35,443 nt of DNA, taken from Bacillota bacterium. GTDB lineage: Bacteria; Bacillota; Clostridia; Peptostreptococcales; Acidaminobacteraceae. The DNA lies in assembly GCA_023443345.1 (NCBI GenBank), contig JAEZUZ010000084.1, positions 1 to 35,443 of the forward strand, in the 5' to 3' direction. Each line of letters starts with the position of its first letter. Within the stretch, counting starts at the first letter, position 1. A program made the translations under genes and the position numbers. This document shows, in pieces, positions 7,015-15,875 of this stretch. Under the pieces are notes generated by a model. The model was not told the DNA's origin and searched no databases. It worked only from the letters and a program-made list of their open reading frames with translations.

Positions 7015-8673
7015 ATGAAGTTAGAAAAAATTTTAATTCATAAAATGGGAGTTTTAGAAAATAAGGAAATAGAATTAGATGGCAACTTTAATTTTTTTAT
7101 AGGTAAAAATGAAAGAGGAAAGTCTACGTTTGTAAATTCAATTAAGGCTCTTATTTTTGGATTTGATTCAATTAAAAATAACCCATATTCCAAAGGTGGA
7201 AGTGAAATAAAAATTGAAGGAAAATTTGATGAATTTTCTATAACTAGGAAACTAGCTTCAAAAAAAGTTGAATCTTATATAAGTGATGAGAATTTAAATG
7301 TAGAAAATATAGCCAATTATCCAGTAAAGTATTTAAATAAAAATTTGATGAATCTGATGTTTGTTACCTCAGAAGAGATGTTCTTTGATAATGATAATTT
7401 TAATGAAAAAGTTGAGCCAATTTTAGATAGGACATTTGGAAATAATTATAACAGTGTTTCAAAAATACTTGATAATTATTCAGATGACTTGAAATCTTTA
7501 TATACTAAAAGTTCCATTTCTAAAAGAAAAATAAATATTTTGAAAAGTGAATACGATAGTCTTGAGAGCACTCTATCAAAATATAGACTAGAGGAACAAG
7601 ATCTAAATGATGATATTTTAAAATTAGAAGAAATTAGAGAGAAAAACTTTTTAATTAAACAGGAGATTGAAACAAAACAAAAAGAAATAGATGAAGTTAT
7701 AAATCAAAATAGGAATGAAGTAGAAAAACTTATTGAGCAAAAAGATAATTTCAATAATTTAAAAAATAAATATTATAAAGGCGAGCATATGCCAGATTAT
7801 CCAATGTTAGATGTTATATTTGCTTTTTTAAGTACAATTATAGCTGGGGTTCTTTTAAAACTTTTTAACCTTCCAATTTATGTTTCTGTACTATGGTTTT
7901 TATTATTTATGGGCTTTACTATATTTAGGTATTCATTTAATGTGAAGGCTAAATTTTTTCTATCTCCAATTTCAGTTATTAAATTAAAAGATATGCAAAA
8001 AATTATTGTAGATAATCAAGATAGAATTAATGAGTTATACAGCGAAAATGAAAAATTAAATGAAGAGAATAATCAATTTATAAATAATAAATATAAAAAA
8101 CTAAATATAAATAGTTTAGAAAAGAGCAATTTAGAACATAAAATAAATTCATTTTATAATGAAGCTAATTTTTCCTACTTAGAAGATAAAAAAAGAAAAG
8201 TAAAGGAAGATTTAGATAAAGCAATATCACGCTACAAGGACTTGCTTATTGAGAAGTTATTGCTTGAATATTCATCTAAGAAAGCTATAGAAGATACAAA
8301 GCATAGTCTATTAAGATCAGCAGTAGATTATTTTAAAAAATTTACCAATAATAGATATTTAGATATTTTAATTAAGGATTCTATATTATATGTAAAAAAT
8401 AAAAATTCTGATTTTTTAGAAGTTCAAACTCAGCTAAGTTCTGGAACAAAGAGTCAACTCTATCTATCTTTAAGGTTGGCATTATTGGACATTTCTGGAA
8501 AAGATTTGCCTATGATATTTGATGAGGCATTAATATATTGGGATAGAGAAAGAGTAGAGAGTTTTTTTCAAACATTAAAGACTTTAAATACTTCAAGGCA
8601 ATTTATATTTGTAAGTTGCCATGACTTTTATCGAGAAATTATAGGAGAAGGTAAGGTAATAGAATTTGAATAA
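7015..8673 (+). CDS. Rad50/SbcC-like ABC-type ATPase (YhaN/SbcE-like), short form with a central transmembrane hairpin
   Basis: N-terminal Walker A FFIGKNERGKST. C-terminal signature LSSGTKSQLYLSLRLALL, Walker B PMIFDEAL, H-loop FVSCHD. Two coiled-coil arms (about aa 165-255 and 320-420) flank two hydrophobic helices, VIFAFLSTIIAGVLLKLF and IYVSVLWFLLFMGFTIF (nt 7804-7929). The only cysteine is in the H-loop, so there is no CxxC zinc hook. Confidence 0.8.
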   Translation: MKLEKILIHKMGVLENKEIELDGNFNFFIGKNERGKSTFVNSIKALIFGFDSIKNNPYSKGGSEIKIEGKFDEFSITRKLASKKVESYISDENLNVENIANYPVKYLNKNLMNLMFVTSEEMFFDNDNFNEKVEPILDRTFGNNYNSVSKILDNYSDDLKSLYTKSSISKRKINILKSEYDSLESTLSKYRLEEQDLNDDILKLEEIREKNFLIKQEIETKQKEIDEVINQNRNEVEKLIEQKDNFNNLKNKYYKGEHMPDYPMLDVIFAFLSTIIAGVLLKLFNLPIYVSVLWFLLFMGFTIFRYSFNVKAKFFLSPISVIKLKDMQKIIVDNQDRINELYSENEKLNEENNQFINNKYKKLNINSLEKSNLEHKINSFYNEANFSYLEDKKRKVKEDLDKAISRYKDLLIEKLLLEYSSKKAIEDTKHSLLRSAVDYFKKFTNNRYLDILIKDSILYVKNKNSDFLEVQTQLSSGTKSQLYLSLRLALLDISGKDLPMIFDEALIYWDRERVESFFQTLKTLNTSRQFIFVSCHDFYREIIGEGKVIEFE

Positions 8674-9541
8674 AAAAAGGAATTTAAGTAGATTAAGAAA
8701 AGCAAAGAAATTGACTATTGTTTCTCTTACAGTGAATTTATTTTTTGCAATACTTAAGGTAATATCGGGCATTGTTGGAAATGCAAGTGTTGTTGTTGCC
8801 GATGGAATTGATTCCTTTAGCGATGTAGTAAGTACTTTAGTTGCATATTTTGGCGTCTTATTTGCTGAAAAAGAAGCAGATGAAGATCATCAATATGGTC
8901 ACGAAAAATTTGAAGCAGTTTTTGGAAAGATATTATCTGTTGTTTTTTTAGTACTTGCTCTTTATATAATATTTAAAGCAATCCAGGAGATAAAAGAACC
9001 ACCTAGCCAGATTCCTACAAATTTTCCACTTATTGTATCAATTGCTTCAATATTTGCTAAATTTGTACTTTCAAAATATTCTCTATATGTATCAAGAGAT
9101 ATTGATTCATCTGTATTTGAAGCAGATGCTAAAAACTTTATGAATGATGCTATTGCTTCTGCAGGGGCATTGATTGGTATTTATTTTGCAAGAAATGGAT
9201 ACATGTATGTACAGCCGATATTTAGTTTTCTAATAGCATTTTTTATATTAAAAATAGCCTTTACTCTATATAGTAATTCTATAAGAGAGCTGACAGATAT
9301 GGCAGCTGATGAACAGACTATAGATATGATTAGAAATAAAGTTCTTTCTGTTGAGGGAGTAGAGAGTATAGATGTATTAAGGACAAGAATGCATGCCAAG
9401 AGGATATATGTTGATATAGAAATAGGAATAGATAAGAACAAGAGCTTTATTTTAGCTCATGATATTACTGAAAAAGTACATTCAAAAATTGAGGAAATCA
9501 AAAAAATAAAGGATTGCATGGTACATGCCAATCCTAAATAA
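8666..9541 (+). CDS. Cation diffusion facilitator (CDF) family divalent-metal efflux transporter
   Basis: Six hydrophobic segments. CDF signatures DGIDSFSDVVSTLV and HQYGHEKFE. C-terminal cytoplasmic domain. TTG start overlaps the stop of the upstream ATPase gene. Confidence 0.85.
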   Translation: MNKKRNLSRLRKAKKLTIVSLTVNLFFAILKVISGIVGNASVVVADGIDSFSDVVSTLVAYFGVLFAEKEADEDHQYGHEKFEAVFGKILSVVFLVLALYIIFKAIQEIKEPPSQIPTNFPLIVSIASIFAKFVLSKYSLYVSRDIDSSVFEADAKNFMNDAIASAGALIGIYFARNGYMYVQPIFSFLIAFFILKIAFTLYSNSIRELTDMAADEQTIDMIRNKVLSVEGVESIDVLRTRMHAKRIYVDIEIGIDKNKSFILAHDITEKVHSKIEEIKKIKDCMVHANPK

Positions 9542-10447
9542 TTATACATCGCTAGGAAGAATTACACTTTCTAAACTCTTTTGATATAGACTTGGATTTC
9601 TCTTTGCATTATTTCTATAGTATGATGGAGTTAGTCCAATTCTTTCTTTAAAAATTTTTGAAAAATATGATGTAGATTGTATTCCTACTATATATGAAAT
9701 TTCTTTCATTGAGTGGTCTGTATGTAATAGTAAGTAGCATGCACTAGCCACTCTTTTTCTTGTCAAATATTCAATAGGAGTTATATTGTAGTACTCTTTA
9801 AATTTTTTAATAAGATGAAATTTACTCATGTAGACCATCTTACTCAAATTTTCAAGAGAAATATCTCTTGAATAGTGTATGTCTAGATAACTTTTAATAT
9901 ATTGCATCTGTTTATTTTTTTGCATATTTGGTTGAAGGACAATTTTGTTTGAAATTCTCAGTAAATTAATTATCAAAATTTCTGCATATAATTTTGAATA
10001 AGTCTCATAGTAATCATCCTTTTCCTTATATTCAGAATAAATTTTGTAAAATAAATCTCTAATTTGTGCATGATGATCTCTATAATTTTGTTTAACTATA
10101 TAATTTTTTGTAAAGTCAGAATCATAACTTTTGTTATCCTCGATATTTAGAAGATTTATTCCTTGAATTCCAATAGCAATATATTTCATATTTGCTTGAT
10201 AATTTCCAGTTTCTGAATGCTTAATATCAGAATTGAGAATTAATAGATCATCTTTTTTAATTGGTAATTTGCTATTTGGCAACAAAAGATGGCCATCACC
10301 TTCAAGTATGTACATAAGTTCAGTAAAAGGGTGTTGGTGAAGTATTGAGTGCCATTCTTCTGAATACTCACATAGATTGGCATATATTATATCTATGTTT
10401 GGTATATTTAAATTTTTCTTTATGGTTTTATTAAATTTATATTTCAT
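9542..10447 (-). CDS. AraC/XylS-family transcriptional regulator with N-terminal cupin sensor domain
   Basis: Cupin motif HQHPFTELMYILEGDGHLLL. C-terminal double HTH (SLENLSKMVYMSKFHLIKKFK ... EISYIVGIQSTSYFSKIFKERIGLTPSYYR). Start is either ATG 10447 (MKYKFNK) or TTG 10477 as tracked. Neither has a strong Shine-Dalgarno. Confidence 0.85.
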   Translation of the reverse strand: MKYKFNKTIKKNLNIPNIDIIYANLCEYSEEWHSILHQHPFTELMYILEGDGHLLLPNSKLPIKKDDLLILNSDIKHSETGNYQANMKYIAIGIQGINLLNIEDNKSYDSDFTKNYIVKQNYRDHHAQIRDLFYKIYSEYKEKDDYYETYSKLYAEILIINLLRISNKIVLQPNMQKNKQMQYIKSYLDIHYSRDISLENLSKMVYMSKFHLIKKFKEYYNITPIEYLTRKRVASACYLLLHTDHSMKEISYIVGIQSTSYFSKIFKERIGLTPSYYRNNAKRNPSLYQKSLESVILPSDV

Positions 10448-10453
10448 ATTAAA

Positions 10454-10485
10454 CAATATAATTATATTTTGGATCAATATAATTA
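10454..10485. promoter_or_regulatory. Direct-repeat candidate operator (AraC-type) next to the transporter promoter
   Basis: Exact 11-mer CAATATAATTA at 10454-10464 and 10475-10485, a 21-bp (two helical turns) offset. The proximal copy abuts the weak -35 position (CTTTCT 10486-10491) of a TATAAT -10 box at 10509-10514. Confidence 0.4.
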
Positions 10486-10546
10486 CTTTCTTTACATTCT
10501 TTTAATTGTATAATCAAAGTATAACATACTATTAAAGGAGTTAGAT

Positions 10547-11908
10547 ATGAAGTTAAGAAAAGTTTTAGCTTTAGTTTTAGTACTTTGTCTTACCGTTGGT
10601 ATAGTAGGATGCTCTAAAAAAGAAGATAAGCCTGCTGATCAAGGAAAAGATACACAAGCTCAAGAAAATCAAGAAGGACAACCATTAGTAGTTTATGCTT
10701 TTGATGGTGGTTATGGACAAGAAGGATGGAAAGCTGTTGTAGAAGCTTACGAAAAGCACTCAGGTGTTAAGGTAGATCTTCATCTTGAGAAGAAGTTAGC
10801 AGATGCTGTTCGTCCTCAAATTCAAGCAGGAAATACTCCTGATGTAATCTATATGTCAATCGGTGGAGAAGGTGCTCTTACAGAAACTCTTCTAAAAGAA
10901 GACCTAGTACTTCCAATTGACGATCTTCTAGATATGAAAGTATATACAGAAGATAAGAAAGTATCAGAAAAAATTGTTCCTGAATTTACAAATAACTCTG
11001 TAGTTAAGAAAGATGGAAAGTTACATTTAGCTCCATTATTCTTCAGCCCATGTGGTCTTTACTATAACAAAGATAACTTCAAAGAAGGAAAATATACACT
11101 TCCTGAAACATTTGATGATTTCTTTGCTCTTGGTGAAAAAGCAAAGGCAGACGGTGTAAGCCTATTTACATATCCAACAGCAGGTTATTTTGACTCTTAT
11201 GTTCTAGCTTTATTAATGGAAAAGGGTGGACTTGAGTTCTTTGATAAAGTTACAAACTATGATCCAGAAGCTTGGAAATCAGATGATGCAAAATATGTAT
11301 TTGAAAATATAGCTAAGATTAAACCTTATCTACATCCAAATACAGTAGCTCAAGCTAATGGAGAAGGATTTACAAAAAATCAATTATCTGTAATTGAAAA
11401 TCAATCACTATTTGTTCCTAATGGATCCTGGTTACCAGGAGAAATGGCTGATGCTCCAAAACCTGAAGGTTTTGAGTGGGGAATTATGCCACTTCCTGCA
11501 GTTGAAAAAGGTCAAGACAGATACAGCTTTACATACTTTGAGCAAGCTTATATTCCAAAAGAAGCTAAAAATGTTGATAAAGCTAAAGAATTCATCAGCT
11601 ATCTATATTCTGATGAAGCAACAAAGTTATTCCTTGAAAAGTCAAAAGCAGTACAGCCAATATATGGTGTTTCAAACTTTATGACTGATGAAGATCAAAA
11701 GACAAACTATGCAATTTATGAAAATGGTGTTAAGCCAGTTGTAGGCGGATTTGCTCCAGCTCCTTCAATTGAAGGTGTTGATGTTAAAGCTACATTATTT
11801 GAATCAATCAACTCAGTAATGAATGGTGATAAAACTGTTGAACAATGGCAACAAGAAGTTATTGAAGCAGTAGAGAAGACACACGAAGCATTACAAGCTA
11901 AAAACTAA
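10547..11908 (+). CDS. ABC transporter sugar-binding lipoprotein (family 1 SBP)
   Basis: Signal peptide with lipobox LTVGIVGC. Q/E/K-rich linker, then a typical CUT1 sugar SBP body. AAAGGAG RBS. First gene of the SBP-permease-permease set. Confidence 0.9.
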   Translation: MKLRKVLALVLVLCLTVGIVGCSKKEDKPADQGKDTQAQENQEGQPLVVYAFDGGYGQEGWKAVVEAYEKHSGVKVDLHLEKKLADAVRPQIQAGNTPDVIYMSIGGEGALTETLLKEDLVLPIDDLLDMKVYTEDKKVSEKIVPEFTNNSVVKKDGKLHLAPLFFSPCGLYYNKDNFKEGKYTLPETFDDFFALGEKAKADGVSLFTYPTAGYFDSYVLALLMEKGGLEFFDKVTNYDPEAWKSDDAKYVFENIAKIKPYLHPNTVAQANGEGFTKNQLSVIENQSLFVPNGSWLPGEMADAPKPEGFEWGIMPLPAVEKGQDRYSFTYFEQAYIPKEAKNVDKAKEFISYLYSDEATKLFLEKSKAVQPIYGVSNFMTDEDQKTNYAIYENGVKPVVGGFAPAPSIEGVDVKATLFESINSVMNGDKTVEQWQQEVIEAVEKTHEALQAKN

Positions 11909-11929
11909 CGACAAATTTATTAAATGCGA

Positions 11930-11957
11930 AAGGCGATGGTGTTTCCATCGCCTTTTT
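11930..11957 (+). terminator. Intra-operon hairpin/terminator between the SBP and permease genes
   Basis: Perfect 10-bp stem AAGGCGATGG / CCATCGCCTT, 5-nt loop, then TTTAAT. This is the classic arrangement giving excess SBP mRNA relative to the permeases. The short U tract suggests partial termination. Confidence 0.6.
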
Positions 11958-11971
11958 AATAAGAGGTGATT

Positions 11972-12862
11972 ATGAATAGCAAGGGAAGAAATCGCTTTGC
12001 TTGGATGTGTACTTTGCCAGCTTTTATTTTATACTTGATATTTATGTTATATCCAACTATAACAATATTTATAATGAGTTTATTCAAGTGGGGAGGGCTT
12101 TCAAAGAAAAAATCATTTATAGGACTTACTAATTTTAAAACTTTAATGGGTGATAGAAAATTTATTGAAGCTTTCCAAAATAGTATATTTTTAATTGTTA
12201 TAGTTACAATTGTAACTATGTTATTGGCAATATTTTTTGCAGCTATTTTATCTAGAGAAAAAATAAAGGGACAAAACTTTTTTAGAGTTATATTTTATAT
12301 ACCAAATATTCTATCTATAGCTGTAGTTTCAAGTATATTTGCTGCTGTATTTGGTGCAAACGATGGTCTAATAAATTCATTTTTTAAAATATTCAATCCA
12401 AATACATACACTACAATTCCATTTTTAGGCAATAAGAATTTAGTAATTTTTTCTATTGCATTTGCAATGATTTGGCAAGCAGTAGGATATTACATGGTTA
12501 TGTATATGTCTACAATGAGCCAGATTCCTAAATCTCTATATGAAGCTGCTGATTTAGATGGGGCTTCTAAATGGAGACAATTTATAGATGTAACTTTGCC
12601 TCTAAGTTGGGATACTGTAAGAACAACTCTTACATTTTATGTAATAAGTAATATAAATATAGCTTTTCAGTTAGTTACAGTACTTACACAAAGTGGTCCT
12701 GACGGAGGAAGTAGGGTATTTTTAACATATATGTATGATCAAGCTTACAGTTCTGGAAACTTTGGATACGGACTTGCAATAGGAGTTATTGTATTCCTAT
12801 TCTCATTCATTCTAACTGGTATTGTAAATATGATAACAAAGAGAGATATACACCAATTCTAA
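11972..12862 (+). CDS. ABC sugar transporter permease (MalF/UgpA-like)
   Basis: Six TM segments. EAA-type loop SLYEAADLDGASKWRQFIDVTLP. ATG 11972 follows AAGAGGTG. The tracked GTG 11966 lies inside that RBS. Confidence 0.9.
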   Translation: MNSKGRNRFAWMCTLPAFILYLIFMLYPTITIFIMSLFKWGGLSKKKSFIGLTNFKTLMGDRKFIEAFQNSIFLIVIVTIVTMLLAIFFAAILSREKIKGQNFFRVIFYIPNILSIAVVSSIFAAVFGANDGLINSFFKIFNPNTYTTIPFLGNKNLVIFSIAFAMIWQAVGYYMVMYMSTMSQIPKSLYEAADLDGASKWRQFIDVTLPLSWDTVRTTLTFYVISNINIAFQLVTVLTQSGPDGGSRVFLTYMYDQAYSSGNFGYGLAIGVIVFLFSFILTGIVNMITKRDIHQF

Positions 12863-12871
12863 GGAGAAAAA

Positions 12872-13717
12872 ATGAAATTATATAAATTTTTCATATATCT
12901 ATGTCTAATTCTTCTTGCTTTGAGTATATTGATTCCTGTTGTTTGGGTTTTAATGGCTTCAGTAAAGGAAAATTCAGAATTTTACTCTAACGCTTGGAAC
13001 CTTCCAAAGGGAATTTATTTTCAAAACTTTATAGATGCATGGAATAAGGCAGAAATGGGGCATTACTTATTCAATTCTATTTATGTTACATCTGTAGCTA
13101 TTATATTATTGCTTGTACTTTCAATACCTGCTGCTTATGCATTGACAAGAATTGAATTTAGAGGTAGAAAAATAATTCAGCATTTATTTAGAGCTGGCTT
13201 ATTTATAAATTTATCGTACATAGTCATTCCTATCTTTCTACTTTTAACAGGATGGGATAGTGCAATAAAGACACAATTTTTTATAAATAATAGATTTGTA
13301 CTTGCAGTTATATATGCTTCTACAGCACTTCCTTTTACAATTTATCTACTTAGCAATTATTTTAGGACAGTTTCTAAGACATATGAGGAAGCAGCATATA
13401 TAGATGGTGCTAGTTACTTTAGAACTATGAAAGACATTATGATACCCATTGCAAAACCAAGTATCATAACAGTTATACTATTTAATTTCCTACTTTTTTG
13501 GAATGAATTTATTCTTGCACTGACTCTTCTTGTAGATAGTGATTTAAGAACTCTTCCAGTTGGATTAGTTAAACTTTCACATTCTCAAAGAGCTGCAGCA
13601 CAATATGGAATTTTATATGCAGGTCTTGTTTTAGTTATGATACCGACACTTGTTCTATATATAATAGTGCAAAAGAAATTGACAGAAGGAATGATGGTAG
13701 GAGGAAATAAGGAATAA
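12872..13717 (+). CDS. ABC sugar transporter permease (MalG/UgpE-like)
   Basis: Six TM segments. EAA loop TYEEAAYIDGASYFRTMKDIMIP. AAGGAG RBS. Confidence 0.9.
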   Translation: MKLYKFFIYLCLILLALSILIPVVWVLMASVKENSEFYSNAWNLPKGIYFQNFIDAWNKAEMGHYLFNSIYVTSVAIILLLVLSIPAAYALTRIEFRGRKIIQHLFRAGLFINLSYIVIPIFLLLTGWDSAIKTQFFINNRFVLAVIYASTALPFTIYLLSNYFRTVSKTYEEAAYIDGASYFRTMKDIMIPIAKPSIITVILFNFLLFWNEFILALTLLVDSDLRTLPVGLVKLSHSQRAAAQYGILYAGLVLVMIPTLVLYIIVQKKLTEGMMVGGNKE

Positions 13718-13718
13718 T

Positions 13719-15875
13719 ATGGATAAGAAAAAAGGGCTATTTACTCTTCCAAGTCAAGAAGGACATTTGGAAGATACAAAAAAATTGCTTGAGAGATTTG
13801 GCGCTGATGCAATAAGAGATAGTGATGGAACTAAACTTCCAGATGAAATAAAGGATTTGCCTGCTCAAATATATACTACTTACTTTGTTGCAAGAGGTTA
13901 TAATGAATTTGCTAAAAAACATATGGATCTCACCCAGAGAATGTATTTATCTAGTACATTTACACTTGCTAAATCAGATGAACTTAAAATTGATATAATG
14001 GATGGATATTTTAAAGATCAAGTTGAACCTGATTATAAACATGATCCAAAACAGTGGTGGGAAGTAATAGATAGAACTACTGGAGAAGTTGTAGATTTAG
14101 ATAAGTGGAGTTATAGCGAAGATAACTTTGTAACTGTAAAAAATGCAAAGAAATATCACGAATATAGTGTAAATTTCCTAGCTAAGGCAATATGGGATCC
14201 TACACAGATGTACAACCACATTACAAATGATTGGGGAGAAAAAGAAAAGGAAATTCCTTTTGATATTAGATATACAGAATGTTGGGATTTTGTAATTGAG
14301 ACATTGAGAAAGTGGCTAAAAGACAATCCTAAGACAGATGTAGTTAGATTTACAACCTTTTTCTATCATTTTACTTTAGTATTTAATGATAAAGCTAAGG
14401 AAAAATTTGTAGATTGGTTTGGTTATTCTGCTTCAGTTTCTCCAAAGGCGTTGTTGGAATTTGAAAAGGAGTATGGATATAGATTAAGACCAGAACATAT
14501 AGTTGATGAAGGATATTATAACAATCCTTTTAGAATCCCAACAAAGGAATTCTTAGACTATATGGATTTCCAACAAAGATTTGTTACAAAACATGCAAAG
14601 ATGTTAGTTGATGAAGTTCATAAAGCAGGAAAAAAGGCAATAATGTTTTTAGGAGATAACTGGATTGGAACAGAGCCATTTGGTAAATATTTCCAAAATA
14701 TAGGATTAGATGGTGTTGCAGGTTCAGTTGGTGGTGGAGTTACACTTAGACTTATTTCTGATATTCCTGGAATAGAAATTAAAGAAGGAAGATTTCTTCC
14801 ATATTTCTTTCCTGATACATTTTATGAGGGAAATGATCCAACTATAGAAACATTAGAAAATTGGATGACAGCAAGAAGAGCTATGTTACAATCCCCACTA
14901 AATAGGATGGGATATGGTGGATACTTATCACTTATACTGCCATTTGAGAAGTTTTTAGATACAGTTGAATCTATAGCAGATGAGTTTAGAAATATAGTTT
15001 TGCTTTTTGAAAATCACAAAGTAAAAAAACAGGCAAAAATAGCTGTACTTAATGCTTGGGGTAAAATACGTTCTTGGGAACCATACATGGTTGCTCATGC
15101 CAAGTGGTATCCTAATTGCTATAGCTATATGGGAGTTATGGAATCTCTAAGTGGAATGGATGTAGATGTAAACTTTATCAACTTTGATGATGTTTTAAAA
15201 GAAGATCTATCACAATATGATGTAATTATTAATTCTGGTGCAGCATATACTGCTTATAGTGGCGGAAAATATTTTCTTGATGAAAAAATAATTGTAAAAT
15301 TAAGAGAGTATGTATATGAAGGAGGATCAATACTTGGTATTGGAGAACCTAGTGCTATTTTAAATCAGGGAAAATATTTTCAATTAAGAGATGTATTTGG
15401 CCTTGATAGAGAATTAGGATTTTCTCAAAGTACAAATAAGCCAGAATTAACTGTTGATAGCAATCATGATCTTTCAAGAGAAGGACTTGACTTTGGTGAA
15501 CTTGTCCCAGATATTAGACCTTATAGTGAAAATCTCAAGATATTATCAATGGAAAATCATCATATTAGAGCAGCAGTAAATAAATATGGTAAAGGTAAGG
15601 CATTCTATCTAAATGGACTTACATATAATTTAAAGAATAGCAATTACTTAAGAGATGTAATAGGATATCTATCTAATAGCAATGGAATGAAAGATTTTAA
15701 CTCTAAGGATTATAGGGTAGAGGTTATGCAACTAGATGATTTAGATAGTGCTGTGATTATAAACAATACTCTTGAAAATATTGAAACTGAAGTAAATATA
15801 TTTTCAAAGAAATATAAGTGTAAGTTGGAACCCGCACAAATGAAGATAGTTAGAAGGGATTCTTTAAATGGATAA
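13719..15875 (+). CDS. lnpA: GH112 1,3-beta-galactosyl-N-acetylhexosamine phosphorylase (galacto-N-biose/lacto-N-biose I phosphorylase family)
   Basis: Long collinear identity blocks to Bifidobacterium longum LnpA as I remember it: FTLPS, GADAIRDSDGT, WWEVIDRTTGEVVD, HEYSVNFLA, IWDP..MYNH.TNDWG.KE.EIPFDI, DVVRFTTFFY, YGYRLRPE, MFLGDNWIGTEP, EGRFLPYFFPDTFYEGNDP, RMGYGGYLSL. Length is 718 aa versus about 750. Confidence 0.9.
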   Translation: MDKKKGLFTLPSQEGHLEDTKKLLERFGADAIRDSDGTKLPDEIKDLPAQIYTTYFVARGYNEFAKKHMDLTQRMYLSSTFTLAKSDELKIDIMDGYFKDQVEPDYKHDPKQWWEVIDRTTGEVVDLDKWSYSEDNFVTVKNAKKYHEYSVNFLAKAIWDPTQMYNHITNDWGEKEKEIPFDIRYTECWDFVIETLRKWLKDNPKTDVVRFTTFFYHFTLVFNDKAKEKFVDWFGYSASVSPKALLEFEKEYGYRLRPEHIVDEGYYNNPFRIPTKEFLDYMDFQQRFVTKHAKMLVDEVHKAGKKAIMFLGDNWIGTEPFGKYFQNIGLDGVAGSVGGGVTLRLISDIPGIEIKEGRFLPYFFPDTFYEGNDPTIETLENWMTARRAMLQSPLNRMGYGGYLSLILPFEKFLDTVESIADEFRNIVLLFENHKVKKQAKIAVLNAWGKIRSWEPYMVAHAKWYPNCYSYMGVMESLSGMDVDVNFINFDDVLKEDLSQYDVIINSGAAYTAYSGGKYFLDEKIIVKLREYVYEGGSILGIGEPSAILNQGKYFQLRDVFGLDRELGFSQSTNKPELTVDSNHDLSREGLDFGELVPDIRPYSENLKILSMENHHIRAAVNKYGKGKAFYLNGLTYNLKNSNYLRDVIGYLSNSNGMKDFNSKDYRVEVMQLDDLDSAVIINNTLENIETEVNIFSKKYKCKLEPAQMKIVRRDSLNG

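Noticed and set aside
5910-8673. Reading the nuclease plus SMC-like ATPase pair as an anti-phage defence system (Lamassu, Septu, PARIS or Wadjet-like).
   Set aside because: The nuclease is a canonical Mre11/SbcD phosphoesterase, not one of the effector types of those systems. No third component, mobile-element genes or other defence genes are nearby. The pair matches the housekeeping YhaO/YhaN (SbcF/SbcE) pattern, so defence cannot be supported from sequence alone.
11928-11957. GGCGATGGTGTT resembles the 5' half of the fluoride (crcB) riboswitch.
   Set aside because: The sequence continues as a perfect self-complementary hairpin (CCATCGCCTT). It lacks the 3' half of the motif (AAAC.GC...CUGAUGA.UCCUAC). 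It sits after an SBP gene, where a simple intra-operon terminator is expected.
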